Shown: one piece after another, positions 10,825 through 20,790 of the stretch
How positions within the stretch are numbered: the first letter of the stretch is position 1
How the letters are laid out: every line of letters begins with the position of its first letter
DNA from: an uncultured Ignavibacteria bacterium
GTDB taxonomy: Bacteria > Zixibacteria > MSB-5A5 > JAABVY01
NCBI GenBank assembly: GCA_964627935.1
Contig: CAZVLB010000001.1
Location: 308,626-372,625 of the forward strand
DNA: 64,000 bases
Direction: 5' to 3'
Notes under the pieces: model-generated
Told to the model about the DNA's origin: nothing
Database searches by the model: none
Seen by the model: the letters and a program-made list of their open reading frames with translations, nothing else
Position numbers and translations under genes: made by a program

Positions 10825-12297
10825 GTGGTAGAACAACATGGATGGCATAAAATGAAGAAAGACAAAGTAAAGCTGCTGATAATAGATGATGACCCCAAAG
10901 TGGGCTGGATTCTAACAGAAGGCCTTGAGGGACAATATGATATAAGTATCGCCCGGGATGGTGTGGAGGGCATTCAGATGGCCTCCAAGGAAAAGCCGGA
11001 ACTGGTGCTATTAGACATCAAAATGCCGGGCATGGATGGTATCGAGGTTTTGCGTAAGCTAAAAAAGGCCGATGTGCCCTCCGAGGTGGTGATGCTTTCC
11101 GGTCATGGCGAGACACAATATATTGTAGAGACGATCCAGCTCGGAGCCGCGGAATTCATCAATAAGCCCTTCGATGTAAAAGAGGTCGAGATTCATCTGC
11201 AAAAGGTCCTCGAACGCAGTCATCTTCAGCGCCGTCTCGATGAAGCTGTGGAGGAACTCCAGAAACGTAATCAGTTTGAGTCCTTCATTGGCGATTCGCC
11301 CAAGATGGTTGAGGTCAAAAACATCATTGAGCAGGTGGCCGACAGCGACCTGACTATGCTGATTCGCGGCGAATCGGGAACAGGCAAGGAAATCGTTGCG
11401 CGCACATTGCATAATCTTTCCGGCAGGGCCAATGTATCATTTACCAAGGTTAACTGCGCCGCGATCCCTCGTGACCTCCTGGAGGCCGAGCTTTTCGGCT
11501 ATGAGAAGGGCGCGTTCACCGGGGCGCATAAAACCAAGCCGGGAAGATTCGAGGTGGCCCATAAAGGCACGATTTTCCTGGATGAAATAGGCGATATGCA
11601 TATGGATCTGCAATCAAAGTTGTTGCAGGTGCTGGAACAGCAGGAATTCGTGCGCGTGGGTGGAATCCAGAATATCAAGGTCGATGTGCGCATAATCTGT
11701 GCCACCAACCGAAACCTGGAACAGGCCATTGCCGAACAGAGGTTCCGTGACGATCTGTTTTACAGGCTGAACGAAATCACCATTTTCATTCCTCCGCTCA
11801 GGGAACGCCGTGAGGATATTCCGCTCCTGGTGGATCATTTTCTCAAGAAATACAATGCCATGTATAAAAAGGATTTCGGTACAATCAGCCAGGAGACGGT
11901 TAACCGTTTGAGCGACGCGCCATGGCCCGGCAATGTTCGTCAGCTCGAAAATGTGATCAAGCAGATCGTGGTACGTGAGGATGAAAATATTGCCGAAAAT
12001 CTGCTCAAATCCGGCGCCGCGGTTGCGCCCCAGGCGGCGGCCAATAATCCCGCCCAGCAACAGGCACAGAATGCGGCATCAGCAGATACGCCCCAGCAGT
12101 CATCGAGTGAGGAGAAAGACTACGATCTGAAAAAGACTGTTTCCAAGGCTGTGGCTCGCGAGGAGAAGGCCCTGATTGCCGAGGTCTTAAACAAGGTCAA
12201 TTGGAACAGGCGCAAGGCCTCGGAGATACTGGGCGTGTCTTACCGTTCTCTGCTTTACAAAATAAAAGAGTATAAGATCAACGAGATGAACGGCTGA
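10825..12297 (+). CDS. Sigma-54-dependent transcriptional activator (NtrC family: REC - AAA+ - Fis-type HTH)
   Basis: REC (LLIIDDDP; LVLLDIKMPGMDG), sigma-54 interaction domain (GESGTGKE Walker A, GAFTGA loop, FRDDLFYRLN), C-terminal HTH. The true start may be the ATG at 10852 (MKKDKVK). Confidence 0.9.
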   Translation: MVEQHGWHKMKKDKVKLLIIDDDPKVGWILTEGLEGQYDISIARDGVEGIQMASKEKPELVLLDIKMPGMDGIEVLRKLKKADVPSEVVMLSGHGETQYIVETIQLGAAEFINKPFDVKEVEIHLQKVLERSHLQRRLDEAVEELQKRNQFESFIGDSPKMVEVKNIIEQVADSDLTMLIRGESGTGKEIVARTLHNLSGRANVSFTKVNCAAIPRDLLEAELFGYEKGAFTGAHKTKPGRFEVAHKGTIFLDEIGDMHMDLQSKLLQVLEQQEFVRVGGIQNIKVDVRIICATNRNLEQAIAEQRFRDDLFYRLNEITIFIPPLRERREDIPLLVDHFLKKYNAMYKKDFGTISQETVNRLSDAPWPGNVRQLENVIKQIVVREDENIAENLLKSGAAVAPQAAANNPAQQQAQNAASADTPQQSSSEEKDYDLKKTVSKAVAREEKALIAEVLNKVNWNRRKASEILGVSYRSLLYKIKEYKINEMNG

Positions 12298-12311
12298 TCT
12301 GAATTTTCACT

Positions 12312-14573
12312 CTATGTCTGCAAGAGATACTGAATCTTGAAAAATATCTGTCTTGAATATTGCTTCAGGCCGATATTCTCCTGCCCGTCGTAATCATGAA
12401 AATCATGCGTCGAACCGAAATACATCAGGGTAAACGGATTGAACCTGTAGGTGATCAGCGGATCGAATTCCCAGACTTGCGAGAAATCATTGTACTGGCT
12501 GATTAGGCGCAATGAAAGCTGTTTCCAGATCAGGTAGTCGACACGTGCACGCATGGCATAGCCATCGAAGATGTTCCCGCCGGTATCCAGGGAATCCGAT
12601 TTATAGTATCTGAAATTGGGTGAAATGGTCATCCGATTAAAGGGCTTTACAGTTGCCCAGAGCGAGGCTGAAAACTCGTTGCCCATGATTGGTTTCGGTT
12701 GCAAAGTCCTCGCAATCTGATGGCCGAAGCTGACTCTTGTCCCGAATCCGAGAAGATTACTGGGACGGGTATCCAGATAGACTGTCATATAGCGAATGCC
12801 CGGAAAATCGACTTCACGAAGCCTTTCCCAGCTTTCCAGGAAATGCAGGCCCAGGAAGGTTTGACCCTTGAGCTGGAATTCTGCATTGGCCCGGAACCAT
12901 TCATCCTTCTTGCGTTTATCAAAGTTCCATTTGCGCCCGATATCGAAATTGGGCTGGAAGCGTATCAGCATACCCTTGTTGACATAGAAATTGAAGCCGA
13001 ATGAAAAATCACCCAGACGGTAATTGTTCTGGCCCTCGAACCCATTTTCGGCACGAAATGTGGGTGATGCTTCCCAGTAATCCAGATCGAACCACCAGTG
13101 CTTGGTGAATCTTTCGAAGCTGGCATAAACCGCATGCCCCCAGTATTTTTCGCCGTCAAAATCTGCGGTGTTTCGCCCGCGGTTGAATTCCAAACCGTTA
13201 ATTCCATTTGTGATTGTGGGATCGTCCGGCTCATTCATATGGCTGGCGATAATCTGGGTTTCGATCTGGAAATTTTTCCAGAATTTGTATCCCATTTCCG
13301 CACTCAGGGCCGAACCGGCACCGCCCTCCGTATAACGTCTGTCAGTGATTGTTGCGCCCAGATGCGAATCCTCACCCATACTCTGTTTGACGCGGAAAAT
13401 ATTTGTGTAACTCTTGCCGTTTTCCAGGAATGCACTGCCTTCCTCGAAGGGAATGATGACCGGCGAGTGTTCATCATAGGCGGTCAGGAAAGCGATATTG
13501 GTTTTGTTCATTCGCGCGATATACTTGCCGGCCGCGATCGGATCATTGATTGAGCGTGTATAAACCAGATCGAACCATGAGTTAAACAGGTCACTGCCTT
13601 CCTGGAAGAAGGGTCGTCTTTCCGGGTAGAACAGGGCAAAGGTCGAGTTGACATTGATTTCGGTTGCATCCGATTCGACCTGGCTGAAATCCGGATTTAT
13701 CGTGGCCTCGGCGGTCATGTCGGATGAGATCGAATATTTCATGCCCAGCGAGGCTTCGCCCTGAATATCACCATTTACAAAGTTTGATGTCGGATCGCCG
13801 GTATTGGCAAGTGAACCGCTCTGGTAACTTACGAATGAGGGCAGAAACTCGATCGGGTTGCCCGATTCGACATTCCTGATTCCACGCAGGGTGCCCCATT
13901 GGCAGACAAAACAGGGTTCATCACGATCATAGGCGGCAAGTGAATATTGACGGCGGATTTCACGCGGGTGATTGCGCCAGAATTCCGCTTTCCAGACCTG
14001 TTCCTCGCGGTTGGGGAATTTCAGGCTGGAGAACGGAATCGCTATCTCCACCTGAAAACCGGAATCGGTGACATAGCCGTGCGAATCCCAGATCAGGTCA
14101 AAGCTGGCGTCCTCGCCGCCTTCGCTCGACCAGAGCGCATCGACCTGAACTCCATAGGGATTGACATTGAAGAAATAGGCCCATGACGCGTTACCGTAGG
14201 TATCTATAAAAAAGCCGACATTATCATCGCCGCCAAAGTTATCTCTTTCACTGTGTGAGGCTCTTACTTCCGATGGGTCATCATGAGCTATAAAGGCCAC
14301 ATAGATTTTATCCGCATCGTATGTGATCAAAGCTTCGGTTTTAACCGGCGGCTGACACATATCGCCGGGAAAACGCTCATGGAAATGATCGAAACGGGCG
14401 GCATCATGCCATCCCGGATCATCCAGATTGCCATCGATTTCTATTTTACTTTTGGTTGGATTGACTTCTATATCTGGTGAAAATATCTGTGTAAATGATG
14501 CGTAAGCAGGTTGTATGGCAAAGATACAAATGCCCGTAAGTATTAAAGTTAAGGTCTTTTTGCTAATCCCCAT
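12312..14573 (-). CDS. Large secreted protein, N-terminal CBM9/DOMON-like domain plus beta-rich C-terminal region (DUF5916-like); paralog of 14720-16978
   Basis: Signal peptide (LTLILTGICIFAIQPAYA), SD GGGAG upstream of the ATG at 14573, ~40% identity by eye to the adjacent paralog over the full length, shared C-terminus FFFKIQYL. Family assignment is from memory and unverified. Confidence 0.6.
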   Translation of the reverse strand: MGISKKTLTLILTGICIFAIQPAYASFTQIFSPDIEVNPTKSKIEIDGNLDDPGWHDAARFDHFHERFPGDMCQPPVKTEALITYDADKIYVAFIAHDDPSEVRASHSERDNFGGDDNVGFFIDTYGNASWAYFFNVNPYGVQVDALWSSEGGEDASFDLIWDSHGYVTDSGFQVEIAIPFSSLKFPNREEQVWKAEFWRNHPREIRRQYSLAAYDRDEPCFVCQWGTLRGIRNVESGNPIEFLPSFVSYQSGSLANTGDPTSNFVNGDIQGEASLGMKYSISSDMTAEATINPDFSQVESDATEINVNSTFALFYPERRPFFQEGSDLFNSWFDLVYTRSINDPIAAGKYIARMNKTNIAFLTAYDEHSPVIIPFEEGSAFLENGKSYTNIFRVKQSMGEDSHLGATITDRRYTEGGAGSALSAEMGYKFWKNFQIETQIIASHMNEPDDPTITNGINGLEFNRGRNTADFDGEKYWGHAVYASFERFTKHWWFDLDYWEASPTFRAENGFEGQNNYRLGDFSFGFNFYVNKGMLIRFQPNFDIGRKWNFDKRKKDEWFRANAEFQLKGQTFLGLHFLESWERLREVDFPGIRYMTVYLDTRPSNLLGFGTRVSFGHQIARTLQPKPIMGNEFSASLWATVKPFNRMTISPNFRYYKSDSLDTGGNIFDGYAMRARVDYLIWKQLSLRLISQYNDFSQVWEFDPLITYRFNPFTLMYFGSTHDFHDYDGQENIGLKQYSRQIFFKIQYLLQT

Positions 14574-14649
14574 GTATACTCCCAGCTGTTTATATCACTC
14601 TACGAAATCATTTCTTTCAGGTTTCGATTTGTTTTTAAATGGTCAAATA

Positions 14650-14686
14650 TTGCTTAAAGAAATGGCCCTATCAAATGACAGGGCCA
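14650..14686 (-). terminator. Rho-independent terminator after the CBM9/DUF5916-like paralog 14720-16978
   Basis: Inverted repeat GGCCCT / AGGGCC (14664-14685) followed on the minus strand by a U-rich tract. Confidence 0.5.
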
Positions 14687-14719
14687 GCCTTTCAACCGAT
14701 TGCCCGGAGAATCCCCGCC

Positions 14720-16978
14720 TCAAATTTGCATCAGGTATTGAATCTTGAAAAAGAACTGCTGTGACGTCTGCCTGAAACTGGTATCATTAAAATTTTCGTA
14801 ATCATGAATATCATGAGTCGACCCGGCATACAGCATCGTAAATGGATTGATCTGGTATGTGATCAGGGGATCGATCTCGAGATTTTTATAATAATCGTTG
14901 TACTGGGTAATCAGCCTGAATGAAAGTTCGCGGCTGAACTGGTAGTTTATTTTCATGCGCGTTGTATAGATTTCGAACAACTGGCGGTCGACACCAAGCT
15001 CATCGCTAACCATGTACCGATATGAAGGGCTGAATGTAATCCGGTCAACAGGCCTGAGGTTGAGGCTTAAATATAGTGAAAGCTCTCTTCCCATTACTGC
15101 CGGTGCCACATTGCGTGCAATCTGATTGCCATAATTGACCGCCATTCCCAAACCTACGGTTTTTGACAGCTGGCTGTTCATGCAATAATGCGCCATCCAG
15201 ATATTATCAAACTGGATGCCAGCGAAATTTTCCGCACCGTAGTAAAAACGCGGATGAATACCGGTCTGGCCAATGGCTCTAAAATCGGCTTCCAGGCTGA
15301 TATATTCATCTTTAATCAGTCCGTTAAAATTCCAGACCCGTCCGGCCATGACATAGGGCCTGATCTTCTGGAATATTTTGCCCTGCGGATAAAAATTATA
15401 TCCGCTGTAGATTGACACCTTGCGCTGGTTATTGACCGGCTCGAAACCATTAGCGGCTCGGAATGTCGGGCTTCGTTCAAAATAGCTCACATCAACAACG
15501 AGTCCTCTCGAGGAATAACCGGTGGAGCCATAAAGCGCATGCCCCCAGAATTTTTCTCCGTCAAAGACAGCCGTATGTTTGCCGTCGTCAAACGTGTAAT
15601 CGCCAAATCCTGCAGTCTGCCCGGGATCATCATCCTCCGCAGTGCGGCTGGCCGTGGCCATCCATTGCAGGTAAAAGTTTTGGCTGAGACGGATATCACC
15701 GTCGACACCGAATAACGTCCCCGATCCGCCATCCTCAAACCTGCGGTCTGTTAAGACCAGGCCCATGAGTGAATTGTCGCCCATTGTCCGGCGCAGCCTG
15801 AAAATATTGGAGATGCTTTTTCCGGCCTGGATGTATGCGCTGTTTTCCTCGAAAGGCAGGATGATGGGCGAATGCTGATCACGTGCTGTCAGGAGGGCAA
15901 TACTTGTTCGGCCGCTACGGTTAACCAGCTTGGCGGCGTATTGCGGATCATTGATCGAACGTGTATAGACCACATCGATCCAGCTGTTGTAGAGGTCCGA
16001 GCCCTCCTGGAAAAAGGGCCGCTTTTCGGGATAGAACAGGGCGAAAGTCGTATTCACGTCTATCTGAGTAGCATCTGACTCAACCTGGCTGAAGTCAGGA
16101 TTAAAGGTAGCCTCAGCCACAAGACTGGACGAAAGTGAATATTTAATGCCCATTGATATTTCGCCGTCGATATCGGCCCGCTGCCAATCCGATGATGGAT
16201 CACGCAGGTCGCTCAGGCTGCCGCTTTGATAGCCGATTAATGAGGGCAGGATCTCGATACCCTGGCCGGGGGAAACATCTTCGATACCATGTAATGAGCC
16301 CCAGTTGCATGACAGGCAGGTTTCATTGCGGTCATAGGCCGACCAGCAGTACTGGTATTCGATTTCGCGCGGCCGATGGCGCATGATATCCAGGCTCCAT
16401 TGCTGTTCATTTTTGTCGGGAAAACGCAGGCTGGAAAAGGGAATGGCCAGTTCCACCTGATAGCCGGAGTCGGTTATCTGTGCCGCGGCATGCCAGATCA
16501 GGTCATAGCTGAAATCATCACTGTTGCCCTTTACGAAAATTGCATCGCCCTGGATTCCGCGCGGATTGACCTGGAAGATATACCCCTGGGCGCCGTCGCC
16601 GTATGTGTCGAACATAAAACAGACATCGTCATCATTGGATATTTTATCCCGTTCGCACAATGAGGCACGGATCAACTCAGGATTGTCATGACAGACTATA
16701 AAGGCATATAGATTGCTGTTATCATAGGTTACATAGGCTCTGGTTTCGACTGCAGGCTTTGTGTTTTCGCCGGGATAGTTTTCGCAGAAATTATCCATGA
16801 CCGCCGCATTGCGCCAGCCCGGGTCGCCGTATTTGCCGTCAATTGAAATCTCCCGGTCTGTTTTTTTGACAGTTAATTTCGGATGAACATTTGGTGAAAA
16901 ATCAGGTCCGGCTTTCAGGCCCGGACCTATCAGCAATATTGAAAAAAGTGTGATCAGCGATAGCAGTTTTGTTTTCAT
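14720..16978 (-). CDS. Large secreted protein, CBM9/DOMON-like plus DUF5916-like; tandem paralog of 12312-14573
   Basis: Start chosen at the internal ATG (MKTKLLSLITLFSILLIGPGLKA signal peptide), preceded by GGAGGAGG. The ORF track extends to 17032 but that N-terminus lacks a signal peptide. Confidence 0.6.
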   Translation of the reverse strand: MKTKLLSLITLFSILLIGPGLKAGPDFSPNVHPKLTVKKTDREISIDGKYGDPGWRNAAVMDNFCENYPGENTKPAVETRAYVTYDNSNLYAFIVCHDNPELIRASLCERDKISNDDDVCFMFDTYGDGAQGYIFQVNPRGIQGDAIFVKGNSDDFSYDLIWHAAAQITDSGYQVELAIPFSSLRFPDKNEQQWSLDIMRHRPREIEYQYCWSAYDRNETCLSCNWGSLHGIEDVSPGQGIEILPSLIGYQSGSLSDLRDPSSDWQRADIDGEISMGIKYSLSSSLVAEATFNPDFSQVESDATQIDVNTTFALFYPEKRPFFQEGSDLYNSWIDVVYTRSINDPQYAAKLVNRSGRTSIALLTARDQHSPIILPFEENSAYIQAGKSISNIFRLRRTMGDNSLMGLVLTDRRFEDGGSGTLFGVDGDIRLSQNFYLQWMATASRTAEDDDPGQTAGFGDYTFDDGKHTAVFDGEKFWGHALYGSTGYSSRGLVVDVSYFERSPTFRAANGFEPVNNQRKVSIYSGYNFYPQGKIFQKIRPYVMAGRVWNFNGLIKDEYISLEADFRAIGQTGIHPRFYYGAENFAGIQFDNIWMAHYCMNSQLSKTVGLGMAVNYGNQIARNVAPAVMGRELSLYLSLNLRPVDRITFSPSYRYMVSDELGVDRQLFEIYTTRMKINYQFSRELSFRLITQYNDYYKNLEIDPLITYQINPFTMLYAGSTHDIHDYENFNDTSFRQTSQQFFFKIQYLMQI

Positions 16979-17245
16979 GACCTCCTCCATCTCTGAAATC
17001 TGGATACGAAAAACTGGACAAAATAGTTTCATTTCAACTTTGAGCGAGAAATCATCGCCTTACAAAAAACCGATGACATTTATGTCCAGAAGGGAGGTTG
17101 TTTTTTGAAAGCCCATATATAGTATTGGTTTTGATGTAAATTGATTTTAAATTGTCAGGGTCATGAAATGCGCATAGGAAATCAAAAAAAATCTAACTTG
17201 CTTTTTTTTGAATAGGCTCTTAATTGGGCGGTAATTGGTGTAGTT

Positions 17246-17977
17246 ATGATCGAAGCAAAAGAATTATTAAAAGTATTTCGGGATAAAAAGCGGGGCGAGG
17301 TCTATGCTGTGGACGGTATCTCCTTTTTGGCCAGACCTGGTGAAATTTTCGGGCTGCTGGGTCCCAACGGCGCCGGCAAAACGACCACGCTCAGGCTTCT
17401 TTCAACTGCTTTGAAACCGACCTCCGGCACTGCTACGATTGCCGGGCTGGATGTAGTCAGGGATGCCCGCAAGGTCCGCCAGAGCATCGGCTTTCTCTCC
17501 GGTAGTACAGGCCTTTACGGTCGCCTGACTGCCCGTGAGATGGTTACTTATTTCGGGCGTTTGTATGGCATGAAATCAGCCGAGATAAAAAAGCGCAGCG
17601 AGCTTTTATTTGATATGCTGGATATGCATGAATTTGTCGACACGCGCAATGACAAGCTGTCGACCGGCATGAAGCAGAAGGTTTCGATCGCCCGTTCGGT
17701 TCTGCATGATCCGCCGGTGATGGTGTTCGATGAGCCGACCAGCGGGCTGGATGTCATGAGTTCGCGTACAATCGTGCAGTTTATCAACGGCTGCCGCGAT
17801 GACGGCAAATGCGTGATTTTTTCAACCCATATAATGTCCGAGGCCTCACGTCTGTGTGACAGAATCGGCATAATACATAAGGGTAAATTGTATTTTGAGG
17901 GCACGGTGGATAAAATCCTGAAAAAGACCGGGCAGGATAATCTCGAGGATGCTTTTATTGAGATAGTCGAGAGTTGA
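17246..17977 (+). CDS. ABC transporter ATP-binding protein (ABC-2 / NatA-like)
   Basis: Walker [13 protein letters not shown] signature [12 protein letters not shown], Walker [13 protein letters not shown]. Confidence 0.9.
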   Translation: MIEAKELLKVFRDKKRGEVYAVDGISFLARPGEIFGLLGPNGAGKTTTLRLLSTALKPTSGTATIAGLDVVRDARKVRQSIGFLSGSTGLYGRLTAREMVTYFGRLYGMKSAEIKKRSELLFDMLDMHEFVDTRNDKLSTGMKQKVSIARSVLHDPPVMVFDEPTSGLDVMSSRTIVQFINGCRDDGKCVIFSTHIMSEASRLCDRIGIIHKGKLYFEGTVDKILKKTGQDNLEDAFIEIVES

Positions 17978-19197
17978 TTATGAATATGCGCAATATCGGA
18001 ACAATTTACCGCAAGGAGATGAAGGATACGCTGCGTGACCGGCGTACCCTGATTTTCATGCTGTTGATACCCATAGTTGCTTTCCCTCTGATGATTATGA
18101 TCATGTCCAGCATCATTATGGATGTGGTCACCAAGGCCGAGGAGGAGAAGGCGGAGGTGCTGGTTTCAGGCATGGAACATCTTCCGCCCGATCTGTCACG
18201 GGCCCTGAGTGAATCGGAACGAATCAATCTGACGCCGGTGAATGAAAGAGGTGGTACCGGGCCGATTGACCTGGTCAGGCAGGGGGAATACCTGGCCTAC
18301 CTGGAAATCCCGGAAAACTTTGCCGAGGCGTTGGAAAGCGAATCGGTTACTGATCTTGAGATATATTACGATAAGGCCGAATTGCAATCCGAGATGGCGG
18401 TCGAAAAGATCGAAGGGATTCTTGAACCTTACCGGGATGAAATGGTTGCCACACGTTTAAAGGCACGCGATCTTTCGCCGGATATATTGAAGCCATTTAA
18501 TATAAATTCAGAGAATGTGGCCTCGGCCCAGAAAGTTGCCGGTCGTGAGCTCGGTTCGATGTTGCCGTATCTTATTATTATTATGTGCTTTATGGGTGCA
18601 ATGTACCCGGCGATTGACCTGGCTGCGGGGGAAAAAGAAAGAGGAACTCTGGAGACATTGCTGGTGGCTCCGGCTGGACGGGGAGAGCTGGTATTCGGCA
18701 AATACCTGGTGATCCTGACCACGGCCATTGTGGCGGCGGTGCTTTCCATGGCCAGCCTGGTTTTTTCGTTGAATTACATGATGGGCAATATCATTGGCGA
18801 AGTTGCCTCGCAGGTGCTGGAACTGTCAATATCGTTCGAAATGCTGGTTTTGATCATTATGATAGTTTTGCCCCTGGCAGGGATTTTTTCGAGCATCATG
18901 CTCTGCCTTTCGATTTTCGCAAGGTCATTCAAGGAAGCCCAGAGCTATATCACGGCAATTTATATGTTTATTATACTGCCGGCCTTTATTTCATTTTTGC
19001 CGGGTATAAAACTTGACTTTACTATGTCCCTGATCCCGGTGGTAAATGTCAGCCTGATTATTAAGGACGCCATCTCGGGCACTATCGAATGGCAGTTCGT
19101 TTTTACCGCATTCTTCTCCACCCTCATACTGGCCGCCCTGGCGCTGGTTTTTGCCAAGAAATGGTTTGAACGCGAAAGCGTGATATTCAGGATGTAA
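17974..19197 (+). CDS. ABC-2 family transporter permease (NatB-like)
   Basis: Overlaps the ATPase gene by 4 nt; N-terminal TM helix, large extracytoplasmic loop, then a cluster of C-terminal hydrophobic helices. Confidence 0.75.
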   Translation: MIMNMRNIGTIYRKEMKDTLRDRRTLIFMLLIPIVAFPLMIMIMSSIIMDVVTKAEEEKAEVLVSGMEHLPPDLSRALSESERINLTPVNERGGTGPIDLVRQGEYLAYLEIPENFAEALESESVTDLEIYYDKAELQSEMAVEKIEGILEPYRDEMVATRLKARDLSPDILKPFNINSENVASAQKVAGRELGSMLPYLIIIMCFMGAMYPAIDLAAGEKERGTLETLLVAPAGRGELVFGKYLVILTTAIVAAVLSMASLVFSLNYMMGNIIGEVASQVLELSISFEMLVLIIMIVLPLAGIFSSIMLCLSIFARSFKEAQSYITAIYMFIILPAFISFLPGIKLDFTMSLIPVVNVSLIIKDAISGTIEWQFVFTAFFSTLILAALALVFAKKWFERESVIFRM

Positions 19198-19448
19198 TCG
19201 TATGTCGTACAATTATTAATAAGTTCAGTTTCGCATTCCAAGTCTTAATAAGCCAGAAAAAAACGAGTAATTTAGACTTTTTTTATTGACATGCTTGTCA
19301 AGGTTTCTTTGTTAAGGCAGGACATTAACATTATTTCAATGGATGATTGAATGTAAAACCAGGGGGTGGCTATGACCCATAACATTCGCAGCTAGTGTCC
19401 GGCAGCAGTTGTTCTTATTTTATTAACATTATTTCTGGGGGAAATTAC

Positions 19449-20606
19449 ATGTTTACTTTATTCCAGAGGCATCCTGGAACTGTTGTCCTTGGAATGATCC
19501 TCATTGGCTTGGTAATATCCGGTTGCGGGCAATCTCCCAACGGCCCGGAGAAGTCCGGCAGGTTCTGGGTGTTTGCCGCGGATTATGGAAATAATCAGGT
19601 ATACCGGATTGATTGTCAGAACGACCAGTTGACTGACAGCATCAGCTCTGCCGGTAATCCGGATAACTCACCCGCCCTGGTCAGGGCATCAATGGACGGT
19701 AATTATCTGTTTGTTGGCTATACTCGGGGAGGTGCCGCAATTTATGATGCCCAGACGCTCGGGCTGATAAAACAGATTGACATAAATATTGAGCCATTAT
19801 TCATAACAGAAAATAACATCATGCTCGGTTTCGAGGCCAGTGGAAGTCAGACCATTATCCATACTTATTCGCTGCCTTCTTTTGGCGAGACCGAGACGGA
19901 TCATTTGCCCTTCGCTTTACTTTACCCGAAATACAATCCGGCTGATGATTTGATATATGGGGTAGGAGAAGATGATCTGTCCAGATTTGACTCCACTTAT
20001 ATAGTCATCTATAATTATGTGGAAAATACAATTGAGCAAACAATGGAATTGTCTGGTGCCGATGGCACGGTTTACATGATTCAAAGTCTGGGTTTTGAGC
20101 TCGATGCCGCCAATAAGCTGCTGTACTTTAACGGCACGTATCAGGGGGTATCGATATCCAATTATTATTTAATCTGCTATGACCTGGAGGCGATGCAGGT
20201 AGTATATGCCAGGGAACTCACCGACAGCTACTGGATTACCGGGTTGCAGCTGATGCCGGCTGAACATCAGCTGGTCACAGTTGACAGGGATGGAGATTAT
20301 TTTCCGCAGGCCGGGCGGATTTCAATTTATGATTCACAAACCGGCGGGGTCCTGGGGCAAATGAATCTGGTTATCGAGCAAAACAGCGAGGTCGTACCGA
20401 TAGTTGCTCCTCTGCCATTGGCAGTTACGCTCGATGGCAAAAAGTCCTATGTCGGTTCCGGTGAGCTGGGCTCATTCGGCGACGGCTCGCAAGAAGGTAC
20501 CATAACCGTTATTAACATGGAGACCAGGGAGATCATCAAACACATCTGGCCTGACAGAAAGCACTACATCATAGACCTGACCATAGCACCAAAACGATCA
20601 TTATAG
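19449..20606 (+). CDS. Hypothetical lipoprotein, probably beta-propeller-like
   Basis: Start at the internal ATG with SD GGGGGA; signal peptide with lipobox (LVISGC); repetitive beta-strand-like segments. No recognisable catalytic motif. Confidence 0.55.
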   Translation: MFTLFQRHPGTVVLGMILIGLVISGCGQSPNGPEKSGRFWVFAADYGNNQVYRIDCQNDQLTDSISSAGNPDNSPALVRASMDGNYLFVGYTRGGAAIYDAQTLGLIKQIDINIEPLFITENNIMLGFEASGSQTIIHTYSLPSFGETETDHLPFALLYPKYNPADDLIYGVGEDDLSRFDSTYIVIYNYVENTIEQTMELSGADGTVYMIQSLGFELDAANKLLYFNGTYQGVSISNYYLICYDLEAMQVVYARELTDSYWITGLQLMPAEHQLVTVDRDGDYFPQAGRISIYDSQTGGVLGQMNLVIEQNSEVVPIVAPLPLAVTLDGKKSYVGSGELGSFGDGSQEGTITVINMETREIIKHIWPDRKHYIIDLTIAPKRSL

Positions 20607-20790
20607 TTTACAGCTAAGCGAAAATTGGGGGCGCCCGACCGCTTGATTGCTGTTTATTGGCAAGAAATATCTATTCTTGATATTTCTATACTGGCCTGTT
20701 TTGTCCATTTATACCCCGATTTTATCGCGAACCCATCAGCCCAATATTTGTTTACATCTATGGTAATTGAATACAACTGGAAGGGTAAAT

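Noticed and set aside
10700-17245. Sigma-54 (-24/-12, TGGCAC-N5-TTGC) promoters near the NtrC-type activator and in front of the CBM9/DUF5916-like genes
   Set aside because: Visual scan of intergenic regions 10701-10824, 14574-14719 and 17033-17245 found only partial matches with wrong spacing (e.g. TGGTGATTTTGCAAC at ~10765); none is convincing without a computational scan.
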